From Pyrinomonadaceae bacterium (GTDB lineage: Bacteria; Acidobacteriota; Blastocatellia; Pyrinomonadales; Pyrinomonadaceae), in assembly GCA_036401595.1 (NCBI GenBank), contig DASWUM010000020.1, positions 4,784 to 68,783 of the forward strand: a DNA stretch of 64,000 nucleotides. The letters run 5' to 3'. Below the pieces are notes generated by a model, which saw only the letters and a program-made list of their open reading frames with translations, was not told the origin of the DNA and did no database searches. Each line of letters starts with the position of its first letter. Positions within the stretch are counted from its first letter, which is position 1. The translations under genes were made by a program, and so were the position numbers. Shown in pieces: positions 60,603-64,000 of this stretch.

Positions 60603-63600
60603 ATGAGCCCATCATATCGAGCCATAAAAAGCCTCTTGACCGTGATCCCGGCGGTTGGGCTGTTTCTCTTTTTGAACGCAAACCCGTTTGCACAGTCAAC
60701 CAAACTGCCGGCGCCGACGAGTCATATCAATGATTTTGCCGGCGTCATCGATGCCGAGACCAAGGGTCGACTGGAAAATCTCCTGCAACGTCTGAAGGAG
60801 AAAAGCAGCATCGAGCTCTACGTGGCCACAGTTGACAGCACCGGCGCTCAGGAAGTCTCGGCATTCTCGAGCCAACTCGCGCGCGATTGGAATATCGCCA
60901 CTCAGACTGCGAAGACCAAGAGTTTGCTGCTCGTCGTGTCAGCCGCGTCGAAGACCTCGTTCACACGATTCAGCCGTGCAGCGCAACTGGCACTGCCTGA
61001 CGGCGTGCTGGGTGAAATGAATTTTCGAATGCAAACTCCTTTGACCGAAGGTCGTTTTGCGGAAGCAGTAAACAGCGGCGTTTATGTCCTGGCAAATGCA
61101 GTCGCGGAAAAGGTCGGCTTCAAGGTTTCCGATCTCGAGTCGCCGGTTGCGGCAAACACAACTGAAGTTGTGCCTGATTCGACTCAACCGGTACTCGTGA
61201 GCGCGAAGACTGAACAGAAGACTCGACCGCGAGTCGTGACTGATACTCCCAAAGCCGAGGCGACTCCGCCCGCTGATCCGCCGCGCACGGATCCGACGCC
61301 AACGGAAACGCCCACTTCCGAGCCAACACCAAGCGAATCACCCAAGTCGGAACCAAAGTCTGATCCCACGCCGTCCGAGTCAACGGCGACAGAGGCTGTT
61401 GCTACACCAAAGATCGAGAAGTCAAACACGACGCGTATAAAGCCGACCGCTGCAGCAACCAAAACCAAAACTCCGGTCGTAAAGAAAACTCCCGAACAAA
61501 TCAAGGAGGAAGAGCTCGACGAAATCGATGAAGTCGAACTCACCCTCACCAAGCCGCTGCCGGAACGCGCCGCTAAGTTGAAAGAATTCCTCGATACACA
61601 TCCCACTTCAAAAGCCAGACCGCGAGCTATCGAACTCCTAATCAGCACGCACGCTGCACTCGGCGATCAGAAGCTGAAAAACGGCGACACCGCCGGCGGC
61701 ATCGATCAACTAATGCGTGCGATCGACGAGGCTGACGTTTCTATTACCGACAAACTGTTCTCAGGAGTGATCGCGCAGATTCCGATGAACCTGTATTTGC
61801 GCGGGGAGCGTGAGGCTGCGTTTAAGGCTGCACAGAACGTCGAACAAAAATTTGGAAGTAATCCGAAACGTCTGCTTGAGGTAGCGGCCTTCTATCTCGG
61901 AGCCGAACGCGCAGGTGACACTGTTCGCGTCGGAGAGAACGCGGTCAAACTCGCTCCCGATCTGGCCGAGGCACATCGCATTCTCGCGATCGGCCTGCAT
62001 CTCTCATTGCGACTCGACGAAGCGGCGGTTGAGTACAAGAAAACGCTCGAGCTCGATCCGACGTCGAAGGTCTCGCGTGTCAGTCTCGCCGATCTTTATC
62101 GCGCTTCCGGCAAGGCGGAAGACGCGCTGGCACTCTACAACGAGCAACTCGCCGCCGATCCAAAAGACCGAGCAGCCCGCGCCGGAAAAGTGATCTCGTT
62201 GTTGGAACTCGCGCGACCAGACGAAGCGACCGCCGCGCTCGAAGCAGCGTTCGCAAGCGACCAGCGCAACTTGCCCCTCCTCGCCGGCACTGCCTATTGG
62301 TTCGCTGCACATGACAACTACGAAAAGGCTTTCGAGCTGGCGCGCCGAGCAATTGCGATCGAGCCTCGTTACACGTGGGCGCAGATTGCTTTGAGTCGTG
62401 CGTATCTCGGCTTGAAGAGCCCGCTCGATGCGGAACGCGCAATCCGCTTTGCACGGCAGTACGGAAAGTTTCCGACACTTAACTACGAGCTCGCGAACGT
62501 GCTGGCCTCAATGGGTCTTTACGATGAAGCCAGCGACGCTCTGCGTGAGGCGTTCACGATCAAAGACGATCAGATTCAGACTTACCTCGCCGGAACTGTC
62601 TTGTCGCGCGATTCAGGATTTATCGAATTGTTGGGACCCGAGAGGCGAGCCAGTATTTACCAGCCGACGTCAGCCGACAAACCTGCGAATGCGAAGACGC
62701 TGAAAGCGTTGCTGGCTTTCAATACCGCGCTCACACCCGGCGACAACGAGAAGATCAACGAGTCAGTAGCAATTGAAGCTGCCAAGGATTTTGCTTCCGG
62801 CGCCGACAGCATGCGCACGTTTCGCCAAATGTACGCAGCGAATCGGCTGCTGCGAAATGGAATCGGAGCGACAACGGCGCTCGAGTTTATCGCTGCGGCG
62901 CGAGCGAGTTCGGACGAAGCGCTGAAAGTTCCCGTACTGACGTTAGCTGTACAGGCTGAAGAGTATCGAGACATGCGTGCGAGTGCGATTTCTACAGGCA
63001 ATGTGCCCGACGTAGCGCCGGCGCCGCGGGAAGCGCTGGCGAACATTTTCAAGGGTCGATTAGAAGATCTCGAAGGCTGGGCGCTCTTCAGCCAGGAAAA
63101 GTATCCGGAAGCAATCGCGCACCTGAAACAAGCTTCGGAGATTTTGCCTGGCCAAACTCCCGCGTGGCGCAATGCGCTGTGGCATCTCGGAGTCGCACTC
63201 GAGCAATCAGGACAGAACGAACAGGCGCTCGAAGCCTACATCAAGAGTTACAGCGGCGGGCGTGTCGAGTCGGTTCGACGTTCGGTAATCGAGAAGCTCT
63301 ACAAGAAGATTAATGGCTCGCTCGACGGTCTCGACCAGCGTATCGGAATGGCTGCGCTCGGCGTCGATGCGTCAACGCCGGCGTCGACCCCTAAACCTGA
63401 CTCAACTACTGCGACCACGACACAACCGGCTACAACGCCTGATCCAGCGCCCGCTGAAACCCCGAAGTCCGAACCCACACCAACGCCGGCGCCCGCTTCG
63501 TCTGAACCGGCACAGCCAACGTCCGACGAGTCGCTGAAGAGCGCCGCGTCACGCTTGCGCTCGACCATTAAGATCACCGGACGAATTATCGATAAGAATC

Positions 63601-63827
63601 AAACCGGAATGGCGAATGTGACGGTAGTTTTGATCAGTCCTTCCGGTACCGTGCTGGCAACGACGACTGATAAGGAAGGCTATTACTCCTTCAAAGTAGC
63701 TCCGTCGCAAAAGACGTATCGCATCCTGCCATCACTGGACGGCTATGGATTCAGTCCTTTCGATCGAACACTGCCAACGTTGTTTGAGGATTTGAAGGGG
63801 ATCGACTTCGTAGGTTCTAAGCAATAG
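60603..63827 (+). CDS. large exported multidomain protein: TPM (DUF477) domain, Pro/Thr/Glu-rich linker, TPR repeats, second PT-rich linker, carboxypeptidase-regulatory-like domain
   Basis: HINDFAGVIDAETKGRLENLLQRLKEKSSIELYVATVDS is the TPM domain. The TPR block runs from residue ~330 to ~900. C-terminal ITGRIIDKNQTGMANVTVVLISPSGTVLATTTDKEGYYSF is CarboxypepD_reg-like. Confidence 0.75.
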   Translation: MSPSYRAIKSLLTVIPAVGLFLFLNANPFAQSTKLPAPTSHINDFAGVIDAETKGRLENLLQRLKEKSSIELYVATVDSTGAQEVSAFSSQLARDWNIATQTAKTKSLLLVVSAASKTSFTRFSRAAQLALPDGVLGEMNFRMQTPLTEGRFAEAVNSGVYVLANAVAEKVGFKVSDLESPVAANTTEVVPDSTQPVLVSAKTEQKTRPRVVTDTPKAEATPPADPPRTDPTPTETPTSEPTPSESPKSEPKSDPTPSESTATEAVATPKIEKSNTTRIKPTAAATKTKTPVVKKTPEQIKEEELDEIDEVELTLTKPLPERAAKLKEFLDTHPTSKARPRAIELLISTHAALGDQKLKNGDTAGGIDQLMRAIDEADVSITDKLFSGVIAQIPMNLYLRGEREAAFKAAQNVEQKFGSNPKRLLEVAAFYLGAERAGDTVRVGENAVKLAPDLAEAHRILAIGLHLSLRLDEAAVEYKKTLELDPTSKVSRVSLADLYRASGKAEDALALYNEQLAADPKDRAARAGKVISLLELARPDEATAALEAAFASDQRNLPLLAGTAYWFAAHDNYEKAFELARRAIAIEPRYTWAQIALSRAYLGLKSPLDAERAIRFARQYGKFPTLNYELANVLASMGLYDEASDALREAFTIKDDQIQTYLAGTVLSRDSGFIELLGPERRASIYQPTSADKPANAKTLKALLAFNTALTPGDNEKINESVAIEAAKDFASGADSMRTFRQMYAANRLLRNGIGATTALEFIAAARASSDEALKVPVLTLAVQAEEYRDMRASAISTGNVPDVAPAPREALANIFKGRLEDLEGWALFSQEKYPEAIAHLKQASEILPGQTPAWRNALWHLGVALEQSGQNEQALEAYIKSYSGGRVESVRRSVIEKLYKKINGSLDGLDQRIGMAALGVDASTPASTPKPDSTTATTTQPATTPDPAPAETPKSEPTPTPAPASSEPAQPTSDESLKSAASRLRSTIKITGRIIDKNQTGMANVTVVLISPSGTVLATTTDKEGYYSFKVAPSQKTYRILPSLDGYGFSPFDRTLPTLFEDLKGIDFVGSKQ

Positions 63828-63828
63828 T

Positions 63829-63905
63829 TAGCCGCGGATGAACGCAGAAAAACGCGGATCAGAAAAGAAAAATTCTGATCCGCGTCATCTGCGTTTATCC
63901 GCGGC
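63829..63905. repeat. 77-bp heptamer-phased palindromic repeat between convergent genes
   Basis: The left arm AGCCGCGGATgaaCGCAGAAaaaCGCGGATcaga pairs, after an aaagaaaaat loop, with the right arm tctgATCCGCGtcATCTGCGtttATCCGCGGCT. Forward units are exactly 10 nt apart. Confidence 0.9.
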
Positions 63906-63908
63906 TAC

Positions 63909-64000
63909 TTATTTATTGTTGTTCTCTGAACCGCCGCTGACCGGTTTACCATCGGCATCGAACAGTTCAACTTTCCCATACTTCGCCAGCACGTCGCGCG
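63909..64000 (-). CDS. C-terminal end of an unidentified protein gene (runs off the window)
   Basis: My reverse-strand translation is ...RDVLAKYGKVELFDADGKPVSGGSENNNK*, with the stop at 63909-63911. It is too short to assign. Confidence 0.35.
   Translation of the reverse strand, partial: RDVLAKYGKVELFDADGKPVSGGSENNNK

Overview
64-kb chromosomal window, probably from an Acidobacteriota genome. That assignment is an inference from a TIGR03436-type VWFA protein, many exported TPR/HEAT/peptidase proteins and a distinctive set of intergenic repeats. About 60 protein genes, one tRNA-Glu(CUC), no rRNA and no CRISPR. The housekeeping backbone includes pntAA-pntAB-pntB, rsmI, NAD-isocitrate dehydrogenase, pepP, thiO, an aldehyde dehydrogenase, an aconitase-family enzyme, several M20/M28/M49 peptidases and a thiol-disulfide oxidoreductase gene string. 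Five things stand out. (1) A four-gene module (ECF sigma factor, zf-HC2 anti-sigma factor, two exported HEAT-repeat proteins) occurs twice as diverged paralogues, at 2.8-7.7 kb and 20.3-24.6 kb. I know of no described function for it. (2) The stretch from about 41 to 53.3 kb looks accessory and lower in GC. It ends at tRNA-Glu with an exact 18-bp direct repeat of the tRNA 3' end, a decayed tyrosine-integrase remnant, and a two-gene cargo: a PD-(D/E)XK DUF6602-like nuclease plus a protein with a proteasome/HslV-like N-terminus and a SEC-C tail. This cargo is a candidate novel defence-type pair. (3) A third, diverged att-like mosaic lies at 46.3 kb, next to an ImmA/IrrE-like protein that lacks the catalytic Glu. 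(4) A dense family of gene-boundary repeats is built from CRCRRAW heptamers phased about every 10 bp and capped by AGCCRC. There are about 18 loci, some inside operons and some overlapping stop codons. (5) A separate GC-rich hairpin element forms a nested 35-bp inverted repeat and also occurs once as a solo copy. All functional calls rest on motif recognition by eye; no searches were run.
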